Of a stretch of 44,982 nucleotides of DNA, positions 1 to 8,952 are shown one piece after another. This DNA comes from a virus, in UHGV virus genome UHGV-0308808; one strand, 5' to 3'. The stretch's first letter is position 1. Each line of letters opens with the position of its first letter. The notes under the pieces were generated by a model, which was given only the letters and a program-made list of their open reading frames with translations, made no database searches and was not told where the DNA came from. A program made the translations under genes and the position numbers.

Positions 1-43
1 AGATATTTTTTATTTCAAAGAATGTTCTCTTTTTACTAGGCAT
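1..43 (-). CDS. N-terminal 14 codons of the ClpP-like prohead protease. The gene continues across the window end at 44982 (circular junction). The ATG at 43..41 is preceded by the RBS GGGGGA.
   Basis: Reading the minus strand through the 1/44982 junction gives a continuous ORF, MPSKKRTFFEIKNISDDVGEIRVYGDI..., in the same frame as 43940..44982. An RBS lies 7 nt upstream of the ATG. The ORF overlaps the portal stop by 8 nt, as B-C does in lambda. Confidence 0.6.
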   Translation of the reverse strand, partial: MPSKKRTFFEIKNI

Positions 44-1535
44 TTATATTTCCCCCTATTTCTCTTTTTAACTTTTCTATCTCTGCTATTTTTAGTTCCT
101 CATCTCTTCTTGCTTCAAGTATTTCATCAAAATCTAATCCAGCTTCAGCAGCTATTATTCCTCTTGTAGTTGTGTAGTTTTCAAGGCTTTTTTGATTAGC
201 ATTAGCTTCTTTTAAAGGGTCTAAAGATGATTTTCCACTTCCTACCCATATACATCTAGTAAAAGCATACCTAATTGCACTACTCTCAAAGAAATTTGGA
301 CAATCTATATCTCCATTTTTTATGAGTTCCAATATAAACTCTTCATAAACAGGTTGGCAGAAAGTTCTTTCTAATAACTTTCTACAAGCTAGAAATCTTT
401 GGTGTGCTTCTTCTAAAGCTGCTTTTGCAGCAGAGTATGAACTCTTGAAGGAACTCATTAATACTTCGTGAGGTATCTCTAATTGAGCTCCAACCTCTTC
501 ATAAATTGCATCCACAAAATCTTTATAAGATTTATTTGGTCTAGTGGTTGTAAACTCTTTTATAGTTTCTCCCTCTTTGGCAATTATTCCTAATCCATTT
601 TCTAGTTCTATTTTTTCAGTTCTCTCTTTTTTCTCTTCATCACTTTCACCACCAAAACTTTTATTTATAAATCCTTCAGGGTCTTTTGTTTCAACAATAA
701 ATCCTAGACTAGCATTTATTGCTGCTGCTTCTAATTCAGCTCCTTTAAATCTTCCTAATTTTTTTATAGGAGCTATAATCCCAGCTATAAGAGGAACACC
801 TCTTCTTTGCCCTATTCTCTCTGGTTCAAAAATATGTAAAATATTTCTTCTCCCTAAAGAGTTAAAAACTGGATATCCTGTTACTTTTGTATAACAATCT
901 CCAGGATGCTTATCTGCGATATAGTATTTTAATAAATCTCCCTTTTCTGAAAACTCTACCCCTGCCTTTACTAAATTATTAGAAACAGCATGAGGATTTA
1001 GAACTCTATCAGCTTCTATTAATTGCAGACATAAGTCTATATCTACTCCTGCTCTCTTTTTTCTTTTTGGGATAACAAAGGCATCTCCATTCATAACCCA
1101 ACTGAGCTGGATAAGAGCTTGAAGGGTAAAGAAGTCATGCATCCGATTATAATCAGCATTTGCTGATGAAGCCCAAGCATTGAATTTTGTTTTAATTATT
1201 TTTTCAATTTCTTGAGCTTTTTCTTTAGAGATACCTATGATATTGTAATTAATAGTTGGCTTTGGTAGTAATCCTGTTCCAACTATTTTGGTTCTCATTT
1301 TCCTTAGAGCAGCTCCAGCTAACTCATTATTCATATACAGATTTCTAGATTTTGCTCTTAAATCATCTAAATCCCATAAAATATCATTATCTGGACTTTC
1401 TGATGTTACATTCCAGGTTGAAAAACTAACATCATTTTTGTTACTATATCCAACACCATTTATCATTTTTATTCTTTGATAGGTTTCAGCTTTAGGAGTA
1501 TTTTTTATAACTCTTCTATTTCTTCTTTTTCCCAT
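36..1535 (-). CDS. phage portal protein (lambda gpB-like)
   Basis: 499 aa. It lies between gpW/TerL and the protease, matching the lambda order A-W-B-C. Sequence pattern is consistent with the lambda-family portal. Confidence 0.7.
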   Translation of the reverse strand: MGKRRNRRVIKNTPKAETYQRIKMINGVGYSNKNDVSFSTWNVTSESPDNDILWDLDDLRAKSRNLYMNNELAGAALRKMRTKIVGTGLLPKPTINYNIIGISKEKAQEIEKIIKTKFNAWASSANADYNRMHDFFTLQALIQLSWVMNGDAFVIPKRKKRAGVDIDLCLQLIEADRVLNPHAVSNNLVKAGVEFSEKGDLLKYYIADKHPGDCYTKVTGYPVFNSLGRRNILHIFEPERIGQRRGVPLIAGIIAPIKKLGRFKGAELEAAAINASLGFIVETKDPEGFINKSFGGESDEEKKERTEKIELENGLGIIAKEGETIKEFTTTRPNKSYKDFVDAIYEEVGAQLEIPHEVLMSSFKSSYSAAKAALEEAHQRFLACRKLLERTFCQPVYEEFILELIKNGDIDCPNFFESSAIRYAFTRCIWVGSGKSSLDPLKEANANQKSLENYTTTRGIIAAEAGLDFDEILEARRDEELKIAEIEKLKREIGGNINA

Positions 1536-1545
1536 TTACTCCACC

Positions 1546-1764
1546 TTAACCTTTTGGTATAAATTTGACAAATCTAGGACTTCCACTTCCTTTTACTCGT
1601 TCTAATCTGTCAGCCCAAGTTTCAATGTTTTTCGAAACTTCCGAAGCATTAACTCTTGTTATAGTTCTATTTCCTATCGTGTAGCTTTGCCCTTTAGCTA
1701 AGGCTTCTTCAGCTGCTAACCACATATCAAGGTGCCGTCTACATTGTTCTTCTGTGAATATCAT
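1546..1764 (-). CDS. head-tail joining protein, gpW-like
   Basis: 72 aa, sitting between TerL and portal exactly as lambda W does. The pattern L..WLAAEEAL..GQSY.IG.R..TR resembles the gpW family. Confidence 0.55.
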   Translation of the reverse strand: MIFTEEQCRRHLDMWLAAEEALAKGQSYTIGNRTITRVNASEVSKNIETWADRLERVKGSGSPRFVKFIPKG

Positions 1765-3533
1765 TTCTTTTCTCCCTTCTTATATTTTTTATTGTTCAAA
1801 TCTACTCCTAATAACTCTATTGCTGCCGTAGCATAGTTCATTAAATCCAGAGGTTCATTTCTCCGAGCTGGAAGTACTTGCCACTCTATCTTTTCTCCTT
1901 TAGAACTTCTTACCTTTACTTTAACCTCTGCTGTTAACCCTTTAAAGAAATCTATTCCGCAACCTTTTAAAGAATCTTTAGGGAAATGACAAGTTCCAGG
2001 ACCTTCTAAAATTGTCAGTCTTGCATAGACTAAATCTTTTAAGGCATTTACTCCTAAACTTAATAAGTTAATACTAGGGACTCCTTTTTTAGTTGTTTTT
2101 CTAAAACCATTAAGGATATTTACTCCATTAGTACCAATTCCTTTTATAGCAAAAATATTTCTACTTGATTTTCCATAAACATATTTATATGTATTTCCTG
2201 TATGATGTCCACCACTGTCTATTAAGCAACAAGCTATTGGTAAAGGTCGCTTATTTTTATCTTTGAATGAAAAAGTTCTTTTTAGATAATTATTTAGTTG
2301 TATCCAGACATCTTCTTTTCCAGGAGAGCCTGGGAAATCTCTATATTGAACTACATAACTTTCAAAACCATACCCCCACCCTACTACTAAGATCTCCAAT
2401 CTGTTATCTTGAACGTCTACCCCAGCTGTTAAGAAATGAATGTTGTCATGGAGTTCTGCTCCATACTCTTCTCTCCTTTCAAACAATGCTTCATAGTCTA
2501 ATTGCTCTTCAAGATGCAGAATAAATGTTTCTCCTAATACTGTGTTAGTGAAAGTTCTCATTCTCATCTCATCATCTTTTACTTGAAGATATTCTTCATA
2601 TATTTCCTTCCAGGTTGCCCAAGGAGAAGCTAAAGCATTGAGATGAAAACTTCTATTTTTTTTCTCTTTTGGAAATTTAGCAATCCATATCCCAGATTTT
2701 TGATTCTCTCTTTTCCATTCCTCTTCTGTTCCTAATGCTCCACAATGTCTACATTCTAATTTAACAACTCCTTCATCATCTCTTATATCTTCCCATTTGA
2801 GAGGTTGATACTCCCCACAATGTTTACATTGTAGGCACCACTCTTCCTGAGAACCTTCAAGGTATAATTTTTGTATTTTAGAGGTGGTATCATCAGTTGG
2901 TGTGGATACTCTTAGCATTTTTCTATTAAAAAATGTCGCAGTTCTACGTTCAGCTAGTTTTACTGGGTCCCCCTCATCTCCTGCAGATTGAGGAAATCTA
3001 TCTACCTCATCAAGAAGAGTTATTCTTATAGGTCTAGAAGCTAGACCAGAAGGAGAGTTAGCACCAACGAATCTAACGTATCCCCCTGGGAACATTTTTC
3101 CTTGTACTGTTCCTTCTCCTTTTTTATTCGCCTGTTTAATAAGAGTTTTTAAAACTTTTGTATCTCTTATCATTGGCTCAACTCTTTCCTTTGAGAAAGC
3201 GTTGGCATCATCAACAGTAGGTTGGACAAATAAAATTGAACAAGGGTCAAGGTGCATATATCTTCCCAGGATATTTAACAACATTTCTGTTTTTCCAATT
3301 TGGCTGGAACTTTTTATAGTTACAGACTCAGTATGGCTATCTGTTAAACAATTATATATTTCTACCATATATGGTGTTCTATCAGTTCTCCATTTACCAG
3401 CTTCAGCAGCTCCCTCTTGTGATAATATCCTATATTTATCTGCCCATTCTCCAATTGTTAAATTTGGAGCTGGTTTTAAGACTTTTAATAAATCTTCAAA
3501 AAAGCTAACTGTCCTCTGTTCCATCTGTTTCAA
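1761..3533 (-). CDS. terminase large subunit, lambda GpA family
   Basis: 590 aa with an N-terminal ATPase region and Cys-pair motifs (CLQCKHCG...CRHCG) typical of GpA-type terminases. It overlaps the upstream Nu1-like gene. Confidence 0.85.
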   Translation of the reverse strand: MKQMEQRTVSFFEDLLKVLKPAPNLTIGEWADKYRILSQEGAAEAGKWRTDRTPYMVEIYNCLTDSHTESVTIKSSSQIGKTEMLLNILGRYMHLDPCSILFVQPTVDDANAFSKERVEPMIRDTKVLKTLIKQANKKGEGTVQGKMFPGGYVRFVGANSPSGLASRPIRITLLDEVDRFPQSAGDEGDPVKLAERRTATFFNRKMLRVSTPTDDTTSKIQKLYLEGSQEEWCLQCKHCGEYQPLKWEDIRDDEGVVKLECRHCGALGTEEEWKRENQKSGIWIAKFPKEKKNRSFHLNALASPWATWKEIYEEYLQVKDDEMRMRTFTNTVLGETFILHLEEQLDYEALFERREEYGAELHDNIHFLTAGVDVQDNRLEILVVGWGYGFESYVVQYRDFPGSPGKEDVWIQLNNYLKRTFSFKDKNKRPLPIACCLIDSGGHHTGNTYKYVYGKSSRNIFAIKGIGTNGVNILNGFRKTTKKGVPSINLLSLGVNALKDLVYARLTILEGPGTCHFPKDSLKGCGIDFFKGLTAEVKVKVRSSKGEKIEWQVLPARRNEPLDLMNYATAAIELLGVDLNNKKYKKGEKK

Positions 3534-3969
3534 CCTCTATTGCCCTTAAATTTTTATATTCAGAAAGCTCTTCAAGTGCTTCTGAAATGTTTTTTCTCAA
3601 AATCTCTTCTATTTCTCTACGATTAGATTTATTTAAAAGTTCTATGCTTGCTTTAACAGGAATGGCTGTCATCTTTTGTTTAAATCTTATTAGCATATCT
3701 GTAACCAGGATAGCTATGTCATCTGCCCTGTGATACTCTCCTTGTAAGATGCTAAGTTTAAATTTTTTAGTTTCTGTTTCTACTTTTCTAGCTTCAGCCA
3801 CTTCATCATCTCCAGAGGTATTTTCCACATAGATTTGTATGACTTTCTCTAGGTCATACATTCCAGGTTGCACTCTGGCTTCTTTGAAGTAAGTTCTTAC
3901 TTTTCTTTCTGAAAAGCCAAATAGCTTGGAAAGTCTATTTTCAGATGCTATTACCTCTGGTTGATTCAT
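3505..3969 (-). CDS. terminase small subunit, Nu1-like (winged HTH)
   Basis: 154 aa. The N-terminal motifs LSKLFGFSERKVRTYF...GMYDLEKVIQIYVE match the Nu1 pattern (LA.IFGVS.RTI..W....YD...VI.WY). The gene sits immediately upstream of, and overlaps, the GpA gene. Confidence 0.55.
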   Translation of the reverse strand: MNQPEVIASENRLSKLFGFSERKVRTYFKEARVQPGMYDLEKVIQIYVENTSGDDEVAEARKVETETKKFKLSILQGEYHRADDIAILVTDMLIRFKQKMTAIPVKASIELLNKSNRREIEEILRKNISEALEELSEYKNLRAIEVETDGTEDS

Positions 3970-4039
3970 TTCTCTTTTCTCCTTTGCAAATTTCTTACTA
4001 ATTTTTCAAAAATTTTCTAAAAAAAATTTTGGCAAACTC

Positions 4040-4095
4040 CAAAAATCCTGGGGAACTGAAAACTTTCGGGGTCGCAAGCCCCTCGAGCTGTAATC
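4040..4095. promoter_or_regulatory. candidate cos / terminase recognition region. It is a GC-rich island containing a GGGG-TCGCAAG-CCCC hairpin, set in AT-rich non-coding DNA upstream of the Nu1-like gene.
   Basis: Read directly in the sequence. Its position matches the lambda layout, where cos lies immediately 5' of Nu1. The surrounding ~145 bp carries no ORF. Confidence 0.35.
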
Positions 4096-4114
4096 CTGTA
4101 GACAGTACCTTGAA

Positions 4115-4864
4115 TTATTTGAGGACTTTAGGTTGATTATCATCATCTTTTAACTCTTTTTCTAGCTTTTTAGCTTTTAACTCTGCTAACCTTTGCTGTG
4201 CTAACTCAACAGTATTTAACTCATGCTTAGCTTCTAACTTGCTATCATATCCTAAGAGTTTTGCTATATTGGTCCAACCATTTACTGCTGCAGATATACT
4301 TATCTCAACTTTCTTTTTAGCATTCTTGTAGACTTTTCTTCCATCTGGATTAGTTTCATCATGGTATTCTGTTTCTGTGTATTCAATCCCATGTTCTGCT
4401 TTCTCTGATACCTCTACAAGTTTATTTATTACACTTCTTGCACTTAGCTTCACATCATCTTTTAACTCTTCTCTTAGTTGAGCCATTACTCTTCTTACTT
4501 TAGGATTTTTTTCTATATCAGCAGCTTTTGTTTTAGGAGAGTATCCAGCTAACTCTTTGGCTTTCTCTGGACTATTTCCGTGCAGTCTTGCTATGATGTA
4601 TATTGACTGTTTTTCTGTCAAGCCCTCAAAATTAGATATTTTTGAATTTTCTTCTAATTCTTTGGCTTCTTGAAGATACACAAGATAGTCTTCATAATAT
4701 CTTCTTACCCAAGTGTTTATAGTATTTTCAGCTATCTTTAATCTTTTAGCTATCTCTCTATACTTTTCTTTCTTGGTTTTACCAAATTTGATGGATTCCA
4801 GCTGTAAATATAATCCTAGGACTTGGAGCTTCTGCTTGTCCAAGTTCTCTATTTTTTTACTCAT
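4115..4864 (-). CDS. DNA-binding protein carrying a Terminase_2-type (SPP1 G1P-like) small-terminase HTH motif
   Basis: 249 aa. The motif LHGNSPEKAKELAGYSPKTKAADIEKNPKVRRVMAQL matches the G.N...A...AGYS.K.A......NP.V signature of TerS HTH domains. Confidence 0.45.
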   Translation of the reverse strand: MSKKIENLDKQKLQVLGLYLQLESIKFGKTKKEKYREIAKRLKIAENTINTWVRRYYEDYLVYLQEAKELEENSKISNFEGLTEKQSIYIIARLHGNSPEKAKELAGYSPKTKAADIEKNPKVRRVMAQLREELKDDVKLSARSVINKLVEVSEKAEHGIEYTETEYHDETNPDGRKVYKNAKKKVEISISAAVNGWTNIAKLLGYDSKLEAKHELNTVELAQQRLAELKAKKLEKELKDDDNQPKVLK

Positions 4865-6176
4865 CTATTTCTCCAAAGTTAGATTTTATATCATTCCAAG
4901 AGTATTCCTTTCCATCTCTAAGAAGAGTTATATTTTTGTTCACACTTGCAAATCTTTTTACTATGACATCTGCAAATCTTGGATCATACTCCATTAAATA
5001 ACTTTTTCTACCCAGCTGTTCAGCAGTCATCATTGTACTTCCAGAGCCACCAAATAAATCTAGGATATTCCATTCTTTTTGAGAGCTATTAACCATTAAT
5101 CTTGCTAGTAGTTTCAATGGTTTCATTGTTGGGTGTACATCATTTTTTAAAGGTTTATTTTCTCTGATGATAGTGGAATGCTCTTCTAATATTTTTTGAA
5201 GAGTTAGATACATCTCTAAAAGCTCAGCTTTACTTTTTGATTTCAGACTTTCTATATCTTCTAAGATAGTATCTTGGGAGCGGTCTGCTATAAAATAATG
5301 TGCTGTTCCTAGTTTCCAACCATAAAGGCAAGGCTCATGCCTCCAATGGTAATCTTGCATTGAAAGATTAAAAGCATTTTTTACCCATATTAGACATTGA
5401 GATATCTTGAAACCTACTTCTTCACAAGCTCCCCTGAAAGCTTTTGTTTCACTATCAGCATGGAAAATATAAAAGGCTGCTCCATCTCTCATCACAGAAA
5501 AAGCATTTGTATAAAACTTTTTTAAAAATTCATAAAAGTCATTTGAACTCATATTATCATTTTTAATTTTTCCAGCAGTTGATTCATAGTTAACATTGTA
5601 TGGAGGATCTGTTATCATCAAATCAATAGTTGCTCCATCTACTAACTTTTCTACATCTTCTCTCTTGGTAGAATCTCCACACATCAATCTATGATTTCCT
5701 AGCAAATATATATCTCCAGGTTTAGAGAAGTATTCTTCCTCTATCTCTGGAGTATCAATTTCTTCTATCTCTTCTATTGTTTCAAAGGCATCTATTTCAG
5801 CTTTTAATTTATCAAAGTCAAATCCTGTTAAGCTTCTACTCTCTTCATCAAGGTTAGCAAGAATTTCATACAGAACTTCATTATCCCATTCTCCCATTTC
5901 AAAAGCTTTCATTTCAGCTACCCTTAATGTTTCAAGAGTGCTTTCTGGGAGCTCTTCTATTCTTATGGCTTTTATAGTTTTAAAACCTAATTGTTTCGCA
6001 GCTTCATATTTAGCTGTATCATATAGAATTTCATTATTTGAAGATATAAAGATTGGAATAATAAATCCTATCTTAGATAAAATCTTTTTATATTGTTCTA
6101 TCTGCTCTGGGGTAGATACTCTAGGATTTAACTTACTAAGTTTAATATTTTCTATTTTTATTTCTAGTATCTCCAT
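4857..6176 (-). CDS. fusion of a ParB-like N-terminal domain with a DNA methyltransferase (N6-adenine/N4-cytosine, DPPY motif)
   Basis: 439 aa. The N-terminal ParB/Srx-like fold is followed by ITDPPYNVNY (motif IV) and a later FGGSGSTMM (motif I), a beta-class arrangement typical of phage ParB-methylase fusions. Confidence 0.8.
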   Translation of the reverse strand: MEILEIKIENIKLSKLNPRVSTPEQIEQYKKILSKIGFIIPIFISSNNEILYDTAKYEAAKQLGFKTIKAIRIEELPESTLETLRVAEMKAFEMGEWDNEVLYEILANLDEESRSLTGFDFDKLKAEIDAFETIEEIEEIDTPEIEEEYFSKPGDIYLLGNHRLMCGDSTKREDVEKLVDGATIDLMITDPPYNVNYESTAGKIKNDNMSSNDFYEFLKKFYTNAFSVMRDGAAFYIFHADSETKAFRGACEEVGFKISQCLIWVKNAFNLSMQDYHWRHEPCLYGWKLGTAHYFIADRSQDTILEDIESLKSKSKAELLEMYLTLQKILEEHSTIIRENKPLKNDVHPTMKPLKLLARLMVNSSQKEWNILDLFGGSGSTMMTAEQLGRKSYLMEYDPRFADVIVKRFASVNKNITLLRDGKEYSWNDIKSNFGEIDE

Positions 6177-6352
6177 AAGGTTTCAACTCCTTTCGTTTTT
6201 TCTCGTTAGTTATTTTATATATTTTTTTATTTCACTTTTAGGATTGAAAAGCCCCACACATTATTATCACGCGAGGAAAGTATTTCAAAGTATTGATTTT
6301 CCTAAGTTTTTAATTTTTTTTGACACAAAAAAGGGACATATTTTTGACACCT

Positions 6353-7432
6353 TTAAGTGGCATTAAAAGTTAAACGCTCTTTGTATTTGCATTTAACTTT
6401 TACCTGATATAATAATATTTTATTTATAAAAAATTCTAATCTTTCTATGTTCCCAAAATTACTTCTTTTGGGACTTCCTTTATTCTGAAACTCTTCTAAA
6501 GCTATTTTTATTTTTTGTCTATATCTCTTTATTTGTCTTTCACTTGTTGTTGCTAATTTAGTTACAACATAGTTTACCGTTTCTTCATCAAGTATATGCT
6601 CTTGCAAATCTCTGACCAGAAGAGGTAAAGTTCTAGAAGTATAATTTTTTAACTTAACTTCAAGGATATCAATATCTCTTTGAATCTCAGCTTCAAGATA
6701 CTTAAAGAGCTGGACTCCAATTTTTTTCAATACTTTTTCTTTTAAAATATCTATAGATATTTCACTTACTCTTGAACTTTTACAAAAATAATTTAAGGCT
6801 GTACTAGTTAACCTATGTTCAAGCCTTATGTTTCCACCAAATATTTTGTTCTGGGAATTTTTTTTATTATGTTCATGAGTTTTACTGTATAATCTCATCT
6901 TCCAGCCTGGATTCATTTGAAAGACAAATCCTGTGCTATAAAAAAAATCAAGATTTAAGTCATAATTTTCAAATCTAACTCCTTGTTGATGTTGTATTGC
7001 TCTTCTCAATGATTTATAAAATGTTGAAATTATATTATGAAATTCATAGAAACTCTTTACTCCCTCTTGAGTACAAATTTCTATGTAGTCATAAAACAAG
7101 TCTGAACGAGTGATTTTGACAAGAGAAATATCCTCAATTATGTCTATCAATCTTTCTTCGACAATAATTTTGGATATTTCATTCTCTAAAGGGTATAAAT
7201 TATTTTCTTTTCCATACTTTGAATATGAAAAGTCTATCTTTATGATAGTTTTATCCATTTTTTCTTTTACTCTAATCTCATTAAGATTATTTTCATTTAA
7301 TTTAAAAGTCTGAGTATTCCCTGCAAGTTTTTTAGGTTTGACATCAGCAAATCTTTTTTGGATTCCCAATATGACAAGGTCAGCTTCCACTTCCAGTTGC
7401 ACCCAGACTGCCGCCCTGTCTAGCCCTACCAT
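6353..7432 (-). CDS. hypothetical protein; start uncertain (the first ~20 codons are atypically GC-rich, so the true start may be the MDKTIIK codon near 7258)
   Basis: A long ORF with the window's typical AT-rich composition, except for the 5' 60 nt. Confidence 0.45.
   Translation of the reverse strand: MVGLDRAAVWVQLEVEADLVILGIQKRFADVKPKKLAGNTQTFKLNENNLNEIRVKEKMDKTIIKIDFSYSKYGKENNLYPLENEISKIIVEERLIDIIEDISLVKITRSDLFYDYIEICTQEGVKSFYEFHNIISTFYKSLRRAIQHQQGVRFENYDLNLDFFYSTGFVFQMNPGWKMRLYSKTHEHNKKNSQNKIFGGNIRLEHRLTSTALNYFCKSSRVSEISIDILKEKVLKKIGVQLFKYLEAEIQRDIDILEVKLKNYTSRTLPLLVRDLQEHILDEETVNYVVTKLATTSERQIKRYRQKIKIALEEFQNKGSPKRSNFGNIERLEFFINKILLYQVKVKCKYKERLTFNAT
7375..7432. other. GC-rich island (second in the window) at the 5' end of, or upstream of, the 359-aa ORF
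   Basis: The sequence cagcttccacttccagttgcacccagactgccgccctgtctagccctacc has a composition very unlike the surrounding ~28% GC DNA. Confidence 0.3.
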
Positions 7433-7459
7433 TTTTTACCTCGCTTTTATTAAATACTA

Positions 7460-7574
7460 GATGAAACTCATTATTATGCAGCAGTTACATTTTTTATATC
7501 AAATTTCAGGAGAGTATTTTGGTTAAAAAAGATTAAACATAAATAATGAGTTTCACTTAATATTTAAGTGAAAC
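7460..7574. promoter_or_regulatory. cluster of GTGAAAC/GTTTCAC repeats. It holds an 11-bp-arm inverted repeat GTTTCACTTAA-tat-TTAAGTGAAAC at 7550-7574. It also holds a long-range inverted pair TGAAACTCATTATT (7462-7475) and AATAATGAGTTTCA (7542-7555).
   Basis: Read directly. The cluster lies in the 213-bp non-coding gap upstream (minus-strand sense) of the 359-aa gene and the packaging module. Confidence 0.45.
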
Positions 7575-7645
7575 CTACTAGTTAAAAACAATTTAAGAAA
7601 AAGATTTTTCGAATAGAGGAAGGACTAATAGGCTTCACCATAATA

Positions 7646-7879
7646 TTAAGTTCTAGTTGATACTACTTTCCAGCCTTCTCTATATCGTTGCTTTATTACT
7701 ATTTCTCTTTTAGGATAATTATTTTTAGAAAATTTTTTCTTTAATTTCTCAGCTATGCTTGTTGCTTTTTTCCAAGTTGCTGCTGTTTCTTTGCTAAGAA
7801 CTTCTTTAAAAGTTTCGCCATTATACTCCAATTTAGAATTATAGACGGTTACAACAAACTTATTTTTTTCAATCTCCAT
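7646..7879 (-). CDS. hypothetical small protein
   Basis: 77-aa ORF. The RBS AAGAGGAG lies upstream of the ATG at 7879. Confidence 0.4.
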   Translation of the reverse strand: MEIEKNKFVVTVYNSKLEYNGETFKEVLSKETAATWKKATSIAEKLKKKFSKNNYPKREIVIKQRYREGWKVVSTRT

Positions 7880-7898
7880 CTTATCTCTCCTCTTTATT

Positions 7899-7908
7899 GC
7901 TAATTAGC
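7899..7908. promoter_or_regulatory. palindrome GCTAATTAGC, copy a
   Basis: Perfect 10-bp palindrome, ~19 bp upstream of the 77-aa ORF start and 6 bp past the Cro-like ORF stop. Confidence 0.4.
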
Positions 7909-7913
7909 TTTTT

Positions 7914-8093
7914 TTAGATTAAAATTTTTTCAATACTATCTAAAACTTTAGGTTGTAAATTATTGATGGCATTTCTCAATCCCCATGGAGTATATCCTAA
8001 TTTTTTAGCTAACTCTCCAAATTTAAGATCTTTATCAATTAATTTCTTTTTTATTTCTTTCCATTTTTCTTTTGCTAATTCTTCTTTATCCAT
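7914..8093 (-). CDS. small HTH DNA-binding protein (Cro/excisionase-like), 59 aa; not in the supplied ORF track
   Basis: Manual translation gives MDKEELAKEKWKEIKKKLIDKDLKFGELAKKLGYTPWGLRNAINNLQPKVLDSIEKILI. An HTH-like segment is GELAKKLGYTPWGLRNAI. An operator-like palindrome sits in its upstream region. Confidence 0.45.
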   Translation of the reverse strand: MDKEELAKEKWKEIKKKLIDKDLKFGELAKKLGYTPWGLRNAINNLQPKVLDSIEKILI

Positions 8094-8125
8094 TTTTCAC
8101 TCCTTTACTTTCATCTCACAAAAAA

Positions 8126-8135
8126 GCTAATTAGC
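8126..8135. promoter_or_regulatory. palindrome GCTAATTAGC, copy b
   Basis: Lies ~33 bp upstream of the Cro-like ORF start on the minus strand. Confidence 0.4.
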
Positions 8136-8137
8136 AT

Positions 8138-8171
8138 TTTTTTCTTTAAAAAAAAGCTTTCACTAAATAAA
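8138..8171 (-). terminator. rho-independent terminator downstream of the repressor-like gene (minus strand)
   Basis: On the minus strand, an 8-bp stem GCTTTCAC/GTGAAAGC with a 10-nt loop is followed by a run of 8 T residues. Confidence 0.55.
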
Positions 8172-8229
8172 ATGTGAAAGCAATATCATTTTTCTATAAA
8201 ATATCATAAAATAAAAAATAAATCAAGTC

Positions 8230-8823
8230 TTATTCCAAAATAATTTTTCCAATAACTGTTCCATACTCTTTAACATTTTCTTCTATCTTAACAAAAATTG
8301 GGGGTGCAGCTTCTTCTCCTAACAAAATATATTCAGTTGGATTTATCATTCTTTTCTTTTTTATACAATATTCTCCTTTTATTTTATATACTCCACTTTG
8401 ATTATTTCCTACAAGTCTTGATTTTTCAATTAAAATTGTAATATTGTCAGTTTTTATTCCAACTATTTCACCTTTTAAATTTAAATCTATCTCCTCAAAA
8501 TATCTTTCTGGATTTAAAAAAGCTGTTGCTAATTCACTATATACTTTAATCTTATTTTTTTCTTTTTTTTCTGCATCTAAGTATCCAATCTCTTGGAATA
8601 ATTGTATAACATCTAAATCATATAAATTACATAAATTTTTTAACAGTATTGCATTTGGAGTTTTTCTTTCCCCTTTTTCCATTCTTAGAACATCACTAGT
8701 ATTTATAATAAATCCTGTTTCTTCCAACTTTGTTTTTACTTCCTCTAGTGTTAAATTAAGTTTTTGTCTTTCATTTCTCAACAAATTACCTAGTTTAATA
8801 ACTTCTGTTTCTGAAAGTTTCAT
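8230..8823 (-). CDS. XRE-family HTH repressor-like protein with a C-terminal CI/LexA-like region. The start is re-assigned to the internal ATG at 8823 (MKLSETEV...), which is preceded by GGAAGGGAGTGG.
   Basis: N-terminal HTH: LSETEVIKLGNLLRNERQKLNLTLEEVKTKLEETGFIINTSDVLRMEKGERKTPN. A strong RBS precedes the internal start. The ORF-track start at 8919 would add an unlikely hydrophobic leader. Confidence 0.55.
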   Translation of the reverse strand: MKLSETEVIKLGNLLRNERQKLNLTLEEVKTKLEETGFIINTSDVLRMEKGERKTPNAILLKNLCNLYDLDVIQLFQEIGYLDAEKKEKNKIKVYSELATAFLNPERYFEEIDLNLKGEIVGIKTDNITILIEKSRLVGNNQSGVYKIKGEYCIKKKRMINPTEYILLGEEAAPPIFVKIEENVKEYGTVIGKIILE

Positions 8824-8952
8824 AACAACCACTCCCTTCCTTTTCAACTTAATTATAGTATACCTCAATATTAATAAAAAAAATAGCTTTTTAGCAACTT
8901 TTTTATTTTTGTATTGCAAATTAACTTTTTTAGTGTTATTATTAAATTAATA

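Noticed and set aside
544-894. Short plus-strand ORFs nested antisense inside long minus-strand genes. This covers 544..894 and similar track ORFs: 1288..1479, 2267..2524, 3202..3549, 4713..4997, 5938..6366, 7110..7313, 8444..8950, 9367..9552, 12615..12812, 13108..13317, 15869..16177, 16654..16857, 16905..17186, 17289..17480, 18458..18649, 19690..19965, 30140..30532, 31350..31565, 33958..34233, 36787..36999, 39898..40149, 42115..42535 and 42791..43102.
   Set aside because: Each is fully embedded in a longer ORF on the other strand that has clear function or context. They have low-complexity composition typical of antisense reading of AT-rich coding DNA, and they lack RBS support.
8824-8919. 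N-terminal extension of the repressor-like ORF (track start at 8919)
   Set aside because: The extension encodes a hydrophobic leader with no RBS. A strong RBS, GGAAGGGAGTGG, precedes the internal ATG at 8823.
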